Assembly: GCA_028534125.1 (NCBI GenBank)
Contig: CM052816.1
Coordinates: forward strand, 31,250,001-31,314,000
From: Lama glama
Lineage: Eukaryota
Direction: 5' to 3'
DNA: 64,000 nucleotides
Numbering within the stretch: position 1 is the stretch's first letter; each line of letters begins with the position of its first letter. Of this stretch, positions 1 to 13,390 are shown piece by piece. The notes beneath the pieces were generated by a model. That model was not told the DNA's origin. It did no database searches and saw nothing but the letters and a program-made list of their open reading frames with translations. Position numbers and translations under genes: made by a program.

Positions 1-2898
1 CAGTACCCAATAGGCTTTAAACAAAAACTTTTTTTGATTAAATATCTAATTATACTATTCAATTGTAATTCCTCTTTAAAATTTCATGCAAATGTACTCA
101 TGATTTTTAAATATCCTATCATTATTTACTAATGTTTCATTTTGGAAAGATGGACACTTCACATACCAATTTTGAAGAATTATAGAATTTTTCCCTAACA
201 AACAAAACAAAACCACAAGCCACAATTATTTTAAAAATTAGTGCTAAAAATCATCAGTTAATATATTATCCTTTCTGTCACTAGATACTGTTTATTAAAA
301 CTCTATTTTGATGCTGTATTTAAATATCTAATTTAATTATCACATTAACCTATTTCAGCTGAGAGAATAAACCAGCTTACTAAAAACACATAAGCTAGTA
401 TGTGGCAAACCAATGACTCAAACCTAAATCTGAGTGATCCAAGTCCAATTCTTTGCTTTCTTCTGTTAACAATAATAAATGGAATTGATGCAGTGAATTA
501 ATTTTTAGTCATAATCTAAGAAAATTCAATTAAAGGTCAAAAAGGCAACTAGGTGATAAAATAAAATCCTTATAATAGCTAATAGGTACTATATACAGAA
601 AAAGTGTTCAGAAAGAGAGCCCATGGCCAGGGGATAGAAATTCATTAAAACTTCTGTTCTAGCAGTGGAATTTCCTCTCTTCTTTTTAAAACAAACTCTC
701 ATGAGAAAATATGATTTCTAATGCTGATAAAAGTGGAGTAACTCCATCACCCCCCCTTTTCTCAGGCTTTCTTATGGGTTCATCCCTATATATACTGTAC
801 TACTGTCTTTCCAAATATCTCAGAACACAAGCACTAGATTGGTGGAAACCATAGTTTCTATATTATTGAAACATTTACCAAGTTTAGAGGTAGCAAAGTA
901 TGAGGAGCCTACAAATGTGGGTCATACGCAAGAAATTCTAAGACTGTGTATCAATTTAAGAGGTAAGAACCAGGATGTAAATTTGTCCTCAAAGTAAAAA
1001 TAATTTCTATGAAAGCAAATTGAGATCCAAAAAGAGACAGAAAACACAAGTGAAGGGCCTGTGAGCTAAATCCTTAAACATAATCTCACTTATGATTAAG
1101 ATTAATGCCGAAAGACTGTATTCTCAGTGAGGAGGTGCTACACATTATGTAGAAATTTAAGGAGATAAATAGAATGGGAATGAGAATTGTTAATTGGGAG
1201 GCTACTCCAATATTATCAAGGTTATGGTGTCCAAAAGTAAGGAATGCCACATGAGGAGAGGAAACTTAGAAGATGAATATATCTAGTGATAGAAAAACTC
1301 ATTTTCAAGAGTTGAGAAGAATTTTTGTCAGACTTAAGAGAAAGAGGATGATAAAAGCTGTTTTTAGCTTAGTTTTAATGCATATGGCTGACATATTTCC
1401 ATATTTTGTTTTATAAACTTTACTTAAAACAGATTTTGATGGAAATAAAAGAGTACCAGTATGCTAATAATACAACTCATCTACTAAATAAACTGCTTTA
1501 ATGTTCACCTAAAATAAGAATTCAATGAATTTTTACTCTCCTTTTATTTAAGTGTTTAAAAAGTAGCAAATACCACATTAACAAGATATTTTTGCTTTTT
1601 AAAAAAATATATATGCTCTATCTACTCAACCACACAGCTTCTTCTGGACATAGACCACAACCTCTAAATTGCAATATAAGCCATACAGAAACTTGTATAT
1701 AAACAATAATAGTGTCTACAATCCTCTGTGTCTGTTATTAGGTCCCTTTAACCAAAGATAATCACAGTTAATTGTATCTTATATATCCTTCCAGAAAACT
1801 TGTTATGCACGTATTTGTTATATGCATGTGTATATGTATCTAATACACACAAATGAGATCACATTGTATATGTTATTTCCACAGTTCTACAAGAAAATAA
1901 AAGAATGGACTTAAAGTTGGAGGCAGGAAAAAATCAGCATGTGAGTTAATAAAAGATGGTGGAGTCAGATGTACGTATAAGGATGATCAATGAAACTCTG
2001 TTGGTAAGAGCAAAGAAAAATACCAAAGTAAAATGGTGAATCTACACTATTAATTATCATACATCTAAAAATGAGAGAAATCTACAGATTCCTCAGAAAT
2101 ATAGCTAGGTTATTAAATGAACAAATGAGTGGGACAGAACAATATCTGTAATATGGTCCCACTGAGGTATGGAAAAAAAAATTACACACATACACACAGT
2201 TGGATATACCCAGAAAAATTCTGGAAAGGTACACAAACACTAAAAAAAAAACCTACCTTCAGAAATATATCCTCTCAAAATATATTTAACAACTTCATTA
2301 AATCTAAAAATATAACAAATTTTGCTATAATTATTCTCCAACAAGATAGCTGAAATGTTATATAAATCTAAACTTTCACTTGATAATGTCATTAACATGA
2401 AGAAAGTGCCCACTAAGGAAATAATCAGTTCTACAGTTATCTGGTTAATACTATCTTGAGATTGATTCAGTTGAACAGCTTCTGCTGTTAAAGAGCACAA
2501 TCCCTGCACAAACTACTGTCTTCTTGAATATATTACAAAAGAAAATTTCAAAGTATGACAATTTTGAAAATAATCTTGAAAGGAATTAAGAGTATACTGT
2601 TAGCCCATCAAAATTTTGATACATTTTTTAAGACAAAACAGAAAGGGAATGTATATAGCATACTATACTAATAATAATGAAGACAATTGTTAATTGTTGA
2701 TCAATGGAAAGCAACAAGGGCATAGTAATTCAAAGTAATAGGTAAGAGTAATTCTATTTTGGTACACAATGTATTTTATACTCATACTGAATATGAATGT
2801 CTCAAATCTTAAAATTCAAAATATTCAAGTCTGACTGAAAAATTAGCTCTTTTACTTGTTACTCTATATTTTGGGTTGATTGTACAGAGGTTCTTTTT

Positions 2899-3299
2899 AT
2901 TTTTTATTTTATTTTATTTTTTTAAACTTTTTTTTAATTGAGCTATAGTCATTTTACAATGTTGGTTCGAATTCCAGTGTAGAACACAATTTTTCAGTTA
3001 CACATGAACATACATACATTCATTGTCACATTCTCTTTCACTGTGAGCCACCACAAGATCCTGTATATATTTCCCTGTGCTACACAGTACAATCTCGTTT
3101 ATCTATTCTATATTTTGAAATGCCAGTCTGTCCCTTCCTACCCCCCGTCTCATTGGCAACTACAAGTTTGTATCTTATATCCTGAGTCTGTTTCTGTTCT
3201 GTAGTTATCTTTTTTTTTTTTAGATTCCGCATATGAGCGATCTCATATGGTATTTTTCTTTCTCTTTCTGGCTTACTTAACTTAGAATGAAGTTCTCCA
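2899..3299 (-). mobile_element. 5'-truncated L1 3' end (lineage-specific type) with A-rich tail
   Basis: T-rich tail on + followed by reverse L1 3'UTR/ORF2-end sequence; degenerate TSD gtacagaggttcttttt (2882-2898) / gtacagaaatccttttt (3300-3316). Confidence 0.8.
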
Positions 3300-4585
3300 G
3301 TACAGAAATCCTTTTTAAAGCTTGCTTATTATAGAGTCACAGAGGCTCACTATAAGACCTGACAATACTACTGGCTTATATATTATTGTTGACTTGTATT
3401 TTAAGTCTACAAATTTTTTTTCATTTTAAACACTTAAGTACTTTAACAGTCAATGATCTTTTATCCTTACTCATAAATTTACTTCTTTCTTTGCTCTTCT
3501 TCCTTCTTCAACTCACTCCTTTTTATATCATAGATTTCTTTCTGTGAAAAGTACCCTCTTGAGAATTTCCTTTAGTCCAAAGGCTTGCTGGTTGCAAATT
3601 TTCTCATTACTTGTTTCTCTAACAATGTTTTTATTTCATTCATATTCTTGAAAGATATTTTTGCTAATTTTAGAATTACAGTTTAGCAGTTATTTTCTTT
3701 CAACATATTATCTTCTAACTTCTGTGGTTGCTGTTGAGAAATCAGTTTCCAGTCTAACCACTGCTCTTGTAAAGGTAATATGTCTATTATTTCTGGATGA
3801 TTTTAGGAGCTCTTTCTCTGCTATTCAATTTTACTATCATTAGTCTATATGTGGACTTACTTGTTCTGCTTGTGATTCTTTTATCTGCGGACTGGCATCG
3901 TCCAGAAAATTCTATCGTTCTAGAAAATCCTATTAGATATCCATTAGAGTATCCATTAGATACTCAGATTATGCCTCATTCTTTCTTTCTTCTTCTTCAT
4001 TAGAAGTTTCTCATTCTATCTTTCCTTACCTGTAAACTATCTTTCAAACTCTCAATCTTTCTTGTCTTTTTACATTGTATTATGGACAACGTGTTCTATC
4101 TTTCCATTTACTCAGATAGGTCCAATCTATGTTTAAACCTATCCATTGAAATTTGATTTTTTTTCCTCTTCTAGAAATTCCACCAACTTCTTTTTCAAAT
4201 CACCTAAGTTAAAAAAAATTATTTATTGCAATTTTAAAAATTAGGATTGACTTTCTAACAACTTGCTCAGCAGAAAGGGGGCCAAGCTTTTGACTGGTTC
4301 TGGCAGGGGAGGGTAAAGCTGAGCATGTCTGGGGCTCAGCGTTTGAATGACCCAGCCAGGAGTTTGGTTATAGAAAGGAAAGATTAAGCAAACTAAGTAA
4401 ATGCATCAATATTAACAGGAATAATAGGAATGACAATAATCAGAATAATCTCTCACTGTCAAAGAAGCAAACTGCAGATATGGAAAAGGAGAAGGCTAGA
4501 GTAACTCTACAGTGTTGCACCAGACTGAGGTATTAGAACTCAAAGATTTTTAATATATATGAAGATATAGAAATACGCACAAATC

Positions 4586-4620
4586 TGTGTGTGTGTGCTC
4601 AGACTGTGTGTGTGTGTGTG
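4586..4620. repeat. Interrupted (TG)n microsatellite
   Basis: Two TG runs separated by ctcagac. Confidence 0.9.
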
Positions 4621-6498
4621 TACGTACATCTATTTCCCAGCTTGATTCACTGAGAACCAGGAGTAATATCACCCCGATACCAATAAGCACACTTGGTGCT
4701 GAGACTGTCATTTCTATATATCATCATCCACTTAAAGGAAACTTGGGGAGAGGACAGATGTGAAGGCTGGGGAAAAATATATATAAGACGTTTTGTTCAT
4801 ACAAAAGGCCAAGAAACAGTGATCAGCCTCATAATTATGAGCACCTCCAGACCTTGGTTTCTCTGTACCATGTCCCACTAAAAGGAATCAGGGTTCCTAG
4901 AAGGAATGACTGATAACATGTTTTGAGCAGGAAATAAACAAAATAAATCTGGAACATCTAGTTGTACCAAAACACAAAGCAGCTATCCAAGTCCATGGAG
5001 GGAGGTGGGGGAAGGGTCATGTCAAAAGAACTCAGAAGACAACCTGAAGGGGTTCCCACTGGCCAAAGATGGGGCAATTTGAACATCAAAAAGAACATCT
5101 GTAGTGGATTAAAACAAATCAATTACGTTAAAATTCATATGTCACAAGGATACTAAAAAGAAATTCAATGATCGCTTTTGGTAGGTAATAGGTTTATGAA
5201 AAGTGGTTAATAAAGGGAAATACTCTAGAATTTATCTTCCTTCATATATAAGATGTACCTTTTTAAACCCATCATCTCTGTCTTTTTAATGGACTGTTTC
5301 ACTCAATTCACACTTAGTGTACTGAATAATACATCTATTTTTAAATTATTTCCTTTTCCCCCCTAAAGTTGGTTGGTTTGATCAAATTTTATTTATATTA
5401 TTTCTCCCTCCTTTAAATCAGAGATTCTACTATTTATAATTTTTATTAATGAAAACTCTCCTTGCTTTTAATCAAACAAATATGGTTTTATTATTATTTA
5501 TAAAATATTAAGTCTTCCTACCACTGAGATGCCTTGTTTTCCTACTAAAATGCTCTGATTATTCCCTACTTTCATTTCCTCCAGTTGGATAAGAGTCACA
5601 AAATACTTTTATAATACATGTTAAATACTTCAAATTCTCTTATCTTTTTCTTCACGTCTTCTATGTCTTAGCTTTCAGTTATGTGCCTTGAGATTATTTC
5701 CTGCATTTCTCTTTTATATCTGTAATTCAAGCCTCAACTGTGATATCATCTCCTTTTAAACTCTACGGTTTGAAAACACATTTTTAAGCCCCAGGAAGAC
5801 CTTTTCAAACTGCATCTCATTAAGTACTTTTTATCATTTTTAAATTTCAAATGTTCATCTATCTCCTCCAGTAGTTGTATTTCCCCCTCACAGAGCATAT
5901 TCTGGTGTTCCTCATCTCTCTTGCTGAGATAGCATTCTTTCTGCTGGCTCACTAATACTTAGGTCTGGTTGCTGAGATACTCTTCTTAATGGTTAGACTT
6001 CTTCAGTTGGTGAAATGAAAAGGAGTCTTTCACTTTATGTCCTATGGTTTAAGGATAGGCTGTCAAAGTCCTCAAGAGGGACTGGGCTAGAGGAAATCAC
6101 TCTGCTCTTAATTCTTCATTCTCCTAGTCTAAAGGGTAGGAAAGACACTGAGGCCTCCAATCAGATCTCCCTTACCCGGATCATCCGAGGGATGGGGTAG
6201 GGGGTATGTAGGAAGGGGTGGACAGAGCACATTCATAGCTGTCAATGTCATATATCCTCCAAACCAAGCTCTTCATAAATCTTCAGCTCTCTCATCTTTG
6301 CCCTGGGATTTGAGGCTATGCTGCAATAGTGTCAACAACCTGGGGCTGCCCAATTAAAGCCACTGTGTTCAGGAAATGGACAGGTAGCACAGATGAGCAA
6401 ATAAGGAGACCTTCTCAGCAAAACCACAATGGCCATGTAGTATAAGTAATAAACTAGGTTACTCATATTTTAGGTGTTATTACCACAGCATAACTTAG

Positions 6499-6892
6499 CT
6501 GTAAAAAAAGAGTCTGACTCCATTTTTGATGTCTGACAGTGGACAGCTTTCAAGCCCCACTGCTCCCCTTCCTCTTCTGCCCACATCTGAGCAAGCTGAT
6601 AAGAAAGTCCAGGTGCTCCTTACTCTGCACTGGCAGGAAATTGAAACTACGCAAAACCTGTCCTGCACACAGAAACCCTCGTCCAAGCCCTACCCCCTAA
6701 TCATGTAAAACCCCAAGATAGACGCTGTTCCTTTTTCTTCCCCAAAAAGTTTATTAAGTGAGTGATAAACCTTTTTAGATCATATACTGTTGGTGTACGT
6801 GTAGTATCTTCAGTCTCGATGTCCAAACCAATTTGAGTAGGGGGTGCTGTCCCACTACTTCAGGGTGACTACAAAGATCAGCCTATATGACT
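6499..6892 (+). mobile_element. Solo ERV LTR-like element
   Basis: TG...CA ends; gagtctgactccatttttgatg opening resembles MER-class LTRs; family not assigned. Confidence 0.55.
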
Positions 6893-7781
6893 GACACAGA
6901 AATTAGTACTTAAAGGTTTGTAATGAGAAACTGATTCACAATCACAATAAAGGAAAAGACACTGACTTAGGAGGTGGGCAGTAGGCCACACGGAAACAAT
7001 TGCATTAGAGGCTAGGAAGTTAGTGGCCCATGTTTGTAGTGGTAAAATAGTTGGCAAAACTATCATGTGTGATACTTTGAAAAGCATATAAATTAACCCA
7101 TGAAAACTCTTTTCTCTGTGATGTAAAAACGGATGATTTTCCAAATACTGGCAGCTTTGTCACCATGGATCCCAGAGTGAGAGCATGTGGGACGTGATAA
7201 AATACTGCATGAATTAGAAATACTCTGATATTTGTTACTGCAGCATAAACTAGCCCATCCCGACTGATAAGAAAAGGGGTATTCTTTACAACTTCCTCCT
7301 TTCCTCTACCCAACTGTCATCTAAAAGCACACAGCGGACTCTCTGCATTTGCCCCTAGGGAAAATGAGCTGAGCTAGTTAGAAGATCCCTAATGGCTGGG
7401 AAGTCCAGGGCTGCTTGAAACTTGAAAACAAGCCTACTTTCAAAGAAAGGGTGAAAACAAGACTAGCATTGTTTTAGACAGAGAATGTAGGAAAGGAAAT
7501 ATCTATTTCACTGGTCTCTAATTCTTATACTGAAGCTTTTTTCTCATTGCATTGAAAAAAATTTTTTTAATAAGAGCTTAGGCCAGAAAAAAGAGGCACA
7601 GCTAATTTTGGCAGGTTCTAAAAAGAAGATACACCGCTATGTGAAATGAACAGGCTATATACACTACAGATAAGATCCAATTTTTTTTTAATTAAAGACA
7701 TATTTGTTTCTGTACTCATTTGTTCAAAAAAAATCAGAAATGTACTCTAAAATGTTAACTAGTGGTAATTACACAAGGCAG

Positions 7782-8102
7782 CTATTAGACTGAGGTTGTT
7801 CTAATACATTAGCAGCCTCCGTAAGCAAACCAGAACCTAAGTCTGTAATGCCTCAAGGTTAAGAAATCAAAACCTAAGAACAACCAATTACAAATGGCCA
7901 ACTTGGCTTTTCCAAATAATGCAACTGCTTAGGCAATAGCCAATCAGATAATTTCCTCGCTTTGCTTCTGCCTCTTCTCTATAAAAGACTTTCCCATAGC
8001 TCCTGCAGGTGGAGTGCTCCTAACCACTTACAGTTTGGTGCCACCCAATCTGAATCAAGTTTTGCTTAAAAATTTTAATGTGCCTCAGTTTATGTTTTAA
8101 TA
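7782..8102 (+). mobile_element. Solo ERV1-like LTR
   Basis: CCAAT (7940-7944) followed by TATAAAA (7980-7986) in LTR-like sequence context. Confidence 0.6.
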
Positions 8103-9785
8103 CTAGGCAATCTTTGAAATTGAAATGGCTTCTATTTATTTTCCTCTTATTTGTATTTTTGGATTTTTCTAAAATAAATGCATTATTAATGTAAAATGAA
8201 GTTTTAAAAACACTGTGTGTCAAACATTTCCTATTAAGGAAAACTTATTCTCTAGAACAAACGTGATAACTTTATTCTTATTGCAACATTTTGCAAAAAG
8301 AATCTTCAATTTTCTCAAAAAATTGCCAGATGTATCATTTAAGCTAATGATTTTTGAGCAATCATTTTAAAAATAGAGTTTTAACCATGTACCAAAACAT
8401 ACTTTTGAATATTGTGAATTTTAATGCTTAAAAATAACAAGTCTTTGTAAGTGTGAATAGTGTAAGACAGATTAATAGAGAAAAGCAGTAGAAAACTAAA
8501 ATAAGTCTTAAAAATATCAAGTTTAAGTTCTCTATCCAAAATGAGCCAATAATACGAAATTAAATCACTTAGTAAAAGAGAAAAATGATCCTAAAGGACT
8601 GGCTAATGATAAATGTATTCTTTTGATGTTCACAAATAATAAAATGCATTCCTTGTGCTGTATCTTGATTGTAGTAGTGGTTGCATAACTAAATGTATTT
8701 GCCAAAACTTAGTTAAATGTATGCTTAAAGCTACTGAATTTTAATGTGTGTAAATTACACCTCAACAAAGCTGATTTTTAAAAATCACAATTTTTTGTTA
8801 AAATTTCAGACTATTTTATTCAAAGCCTGAATCACTCAAAACAATCTGTTACATTATATAAACTTAAAAGAGAAAAAAAAAATCTATATATAGTAAAAGT
8901 AGAATCTCTTCCTTGTAAAATTCCCTACCACCAATATCCAGTAATACTGGCTAGAGAATTCAGTCATTCTTCCTTTCTCTTACCTTCTTTCGATACATCA
9001 AGTTCTGTCAATTCCACTTTCTTTCATCACTACTCTACTGCCTTAGTTCATTTTTTTCTGGACTACTGCAACAGATTTCTAACTGATTTCCTTGTCTTTA
9101 ACCTCCCACCTACCAACAGAACCTCCTTAATGCAGAAAAAAATTAGCCTAATCCGTCAAGAATGAACAACCAAAGCAACAATAATGTCAGTAAAAACTTG
9201 TTTTGAAAAGTTAAATTGCCTCAGAATGAATTCCAAAATCCATGGCACTAAAATAAAGGCACTTTAAAATTAGGCTTCATGATCAATACCAAATCCCCTT
9301 GTCACAAAAACCCTGTACTTTACATCTCTGCCTGTAGAGCCATCCTCTCCTTTTCTATGGAACACCTACTAATGCTTAAAAAAACCCAGTTTAAATGTAA
9401 TTTCCTCCAGTTGCACTCTCATAGGCAGAGGTAACTGGTGTAGCTGTGTTCCATTAACACTCTCAACATACTTGTTCATGCCAGTTTCCTCCTCCAGATG
9501 TGAATTCCTTAGGGTCTGAATCTTCTTCACTAAGCAGAGTGCCTGGCTCATAGTAAATATAACTTATGAATTAAATAAAGGAATAAAAGTAGTTTTATTC
9601 ACTAAACCCATTTTTTAAAGTCATTTTAGTGAGCAGCTTCACTAATGTGTTATAGCCTTCTCTAAATGGCAATTCTACCACTATTTATCACATAATGCCT
9701 GTTGCTCTTATGTTGCTTCTTGTTTTTTTCCACTCTAAATCACCTCAGCCAGGAGCCTGTCATTTCATGACTCAAACCAAAATAC

Positions 9786-9939
9786 TTTCTTTTTTTATTT
9801 GTTTGTTTTTTATTTATGTTTGGGGGTGAGGTAATTAGGTTTATTTATTTACTTTTTTTTAAGGGAGGTACTGGGGATTGAACCCAGGACCTTGTACATG
9901 CTAAGCACACGCTCTACCACTGAGCTGTATCCTCCCCCC
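9786..9939 (-). mobile_element. tRNA-derived SINE, camelid Vic-1-like
   Basis: Minus strand reads GGGGGGAGGATACAGCTCAGTGGTAGAGCG (A box) ... GGGTTCAATCCCC (B box) ... AAATAAATAAACCTAATTACCTC, then an A-rich tail. Confidence 0.88.
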
Positions 9940-10028
9940 TCACTAAATCCATTTTTACTTTGACAAATACAAATTAATATTTTTCTAAGATAAAAAGCTT
10001 AGACCATTTGATAATGTAGAAACTGTAC

Positions 10029-10100
10029 CTTGTCTACATGGAAAATCAGATCCAGTTCACAGACATTTTCAAAACACTTGTCTAATGTTTCCACAAATAC
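10029..10100 (-). CDS. AP3S1: AP-3 complex subunit sigma-1, coding exon 4 (VFVETLDKCFENVCELDLIFHVDK)
   Basis: 72 nt, TAG acceptor, GTACAG donor, in frame with exon 3; sigma3A sequence. Downstream exons are not in the window. Confidence 0.97.
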
Positions 10101-10510
10101 CTAAAGAAAAGAAAAAAAGGTTAAAAGCTTCTGAGAATTGTATAAGATCAATCGAATCTATTATCTACAAGGCAGACAATTCTTAATTGTAAACTAAAGC
10201 TTCTATCACATTTCTTTTTTAAATTAAACGCCGTATTAAGTGCAAAAGGAATACTTACAGACTATTCTTCATCTAAGCTACTTTTCAATAAATTAATATG
10301 CAAAACACAATATGATGAAAAAAGAAAGCTTATCACAAGTAAAAGTATTTAACAAGATAGACAGGCATAGTCCAAGTCTCTACCACATTTAATGTAGCCA
10401 GTGTTTTTAATTAGCAAATCAGTAAAAATTAAACTTATGGAAAGAGTACAGACTTTGGAATCAGATTTACCTAGACTCAAACTCTGGCTCAAATATTTTG
10501 TATGACCTTG

Positions 10511-11055
10511 TGTAGTAACTCAGTAAGCCTCGGCTGCTCAAACCTTACACATTCCCCCAAATGGCCCATTTTCAGACTAGCCTTTGGCTAGTTCTTGGGA
10601 ACAGAGCCCTTGGAAATTTCTGATAAGAGTGTTTTTGCATTACTGAGGTCTTGGGCCACACTGTACCAGCTTATGCAAACAATGTGATTTACAATGAACA
10701 TACTTTTTCTCTGAGGTTCTGGAGCTTAAGTAAGCAAGGTCAGTCACGGAGGTGCCACATGCCTATATGACTGACCTCTAGGACACCCAGGTTAGGGTGA
10801 GCTTCCCTGGTCGAGAACACTTGCACATGTCATCACATATCACTTCTGGAGGCATCAGGCACATCTGTGTGACTCCAGTGTGAAGGGACAACACTTGGAA
10901 GCTTGCACTTGGGCTCCTCGACACTTCCTCGTGTGCCTTTGATGGTTTTACTGTGTATCCTTTCATTGTAATAAACCCTAACCATAAGCATAGCAACTTC
11001 TAAGAACTGTTAATCCTACAAAACACTGAGATGGGTCTTGGAGACCTCTGACACA
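10511..11055 (+). mobile_element. Solo LTR, MER21-like, interrupting a MIR
   Basis: TG...CA ends, AATAAA near 10970, gtgagcttccctgg motif; MIR-like sequence immediately to the left. Confidence 0.65.
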
Positions 11056-11204
11056 AAATTGCAAAAATTAATCTCTTAAATTCCATTTTGCATAGTTGTC
11101 ACTACCCTATTTCTATTTGTTTCCACTACCCTTCTCAATGGTATTTTCACAGACAGACTGACCATATAATTTACCATCTGAACTGGGGGGTATTAAGAGT
11201 AAAA

Positions 11205-11558
11205 GAGGAGAAGTGCCAAGATGGTGGAGAAGAGACTCATAGCTCACCCTCTCTCACAGATACACCAAGAATTACATCTGAATCGCACAGAACACCTCCT
11301 GAGCTCTGGCAGAGTATCTCTTGCTTTGAAATATAGGCGGATTCTCACAAAATCTGATAACAAGTTCATACTGTATAGCACAGGGAACTATATTCAGTAT
11401 CTTGTAGTAACTTATGGTGAAAAAGAATATGAAAATGAATATATGTATTTTCATGTATGACTGAAGCATTATGCTATACACCAGAAATTGACACAACATT
11501 GTAAACTGACTATACTTCAGCAAAAAGTATATATACCAAATGGGGGGGTAAAAAAAAA
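11205..11558 (+). mobile_element. Short bipartite L1 derivative (L1 5'UTR start joined to L1 3'UTR end)
   Basis: Opens gaggagaagtgccaagatggtggag, like an L1 5' terminus with YY1 core; from about 11358 it aligns by eye with the L1 3' end at about 29228-29390. Confidence 0.7.
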
Positions 11559-11868
11559 GCAGCTATTAATCATTATATTATCAACAGTATGCAATGTTAG
11601 TATAATATAATAACCACCTAGAACAACAGATGTAAACCAGGACTGCTCCAAGCAAACTGAAATGTATTGGTCACCTTATTCACAGGTGATCTTATGGGTC
11701 AGAGTAAAATCTAAACAGTAGGTTTCATGCTGTAACTACTCCAACCTGAGGCCAATTTACACAGACCTACAATCCAAGGTTCCTTCTGGCATCAATGTAG
11801 AAGGGTAAGACAGGTGAAAGAATGTAGATATATTTAACTATTTGATCATGATCAACATTGTCTTAGCC

Positions 11869-12058
11869 CAGAGTTGGCAAACTTTCGCTGCAAAGGTCCA
11901 GAGTAAAGATTTTAGGCTTTATGGGCCATACAATCTGGCATAAAAGTAGCCACAGACAACACAAACAAATGAGCGTGGCTGTGCTCCAATAAAACGCTAT
12001 TTACAAAAATAGATAGCAGGCTGGATTTGACCTGCAGGCTGTAATTTGTTGATCCTTG
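11869..12058. mobile_element. MER58A-like hAT-Charlie MITE
   Basis: cagagttggcaaact ... tttgttgatccttg termini; 8-bp TSD-like tcttagcc/acttagac. Confidence 0.75.
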
Positions 12059-12639
12059 ACTTAGACCAAAGTTAGTAGGAAAAAATAAGATATCAACAGT
12101 AGAATATACAGTTTACACATAATTTCATTTATGAGAAGGCAAGTTATTAAGATGACCAAGTGTGAAGCATATACATTCCACCCTCAAGTGAGTTCCTAGT
12201 TTATTTCAATTGTGTGGTAGGTAGAAAATAAATATTGATGAGTATCTACCCAAACTCCCAACTTTATCTATTTCTCCTGAAGACCTTGACTGAAATGACT
12301 TTATTTATTCTATTTCTACCTAATTCAGATTCGTTTTTCTTCTTGCTATAATAGATTTTTGTTACGAGGACAAAAGGGGATAATGCTGCTTGAACACAGA
12401 GTAAGCACTTAAATATTAACTTCTTGGGAAAAGTAAGAATAAGAGTAAAAAAGAGAAAACTTACCCATTGAGAAAGATGAAAATATTTATTTCTGAAATA
12501 GTATCTTTAACTTGGAAGTGATCTGAATACATTTATAACTCATAGTCATATAAGTTATGGGAAATAAAGCCGTAAAAGATCTGTCCTTTGGTAAATTTTT
12601 TCTGAAGTATAACATACATACAGAAAAGTACACAAAACT

Positions 12640-13390
12640 GATGGCAGAAATGTAAAATGGTGCAGCCACTGTGAAAAACAGTATGAAGGTTCCTCAAAAA
12701 CCTAAAAACAGAACTATCATATTATCAAGCAATTCCACTCCTAGACATATAGCTGAAGAAAACAAAAACACTAATTTGAAAAGATACTTGCACCCCAAAG
12801 TTCACAGCAGCATTATTTACAACTGCCACTAATGAAAGCAACTTAAGTGTTCATCAACAGATGAATGGATAAAGAAGATGTAAGATATATATATCTTACA
12901 TTATACACACACACACACATATATAATCACACACAATGCAATACTACTCAGCCATGAAAAAGAATGACAATTATGCCAATTGCAACAACATGGATGGACT
13001 TGGAGGGTATTATGCTTAGTGAAATAAGTCAGAACAGAGAAAGAAAAATACTATATGTTATGACTTATATGTGAAATCTAAAAAATAAAATGAATGAATA
13101 TAACAAAGCAGAAACAGACTCACAGACATAGAGAACAAACTAGCGGTTACCACTGGGAAGAAGGAAGGTAGGAGGGGTAATATAGGGATAGGGGATTAAG
13201 AGGTAAAAACTATTATGTATAAAATAAATAAGCTACAATGATATATTGCACAGCAAAGGGAATACAGCCAGTATTTTAAAATAATAACTTTAAATGGAGT
13301 ATAATCTATGAAAATTATGAATTGCTAGGTTGTATATCTGAAACTGATGCAATACTGTAAACCAACCACACCTCAAAAATTTTAAAAAGT
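12640..13390 (+). mobile_element. L1 3' fragment (ORF2 end + 3'UTR) nested in an older antisense L1
   Basis: aatggtgcagccactgtgaaaaacagt, catggatggacttggagggtattatgc and other L1 hallmarks. Confidence 0.85.

Noticed and set aside
2240..2509. 89-aa minus-strand ORF as a possible AP3S1 exon 5
   Set aside because: It does not resemble the expected sigma3A continuation (VHNILAEMVMGG...), which I did not find in the window.
9862..9939. Possible tRNA gene
   Set aside because: It continues into a SINE body and A-rich tail, so it is a tRNA-derived SINE head.
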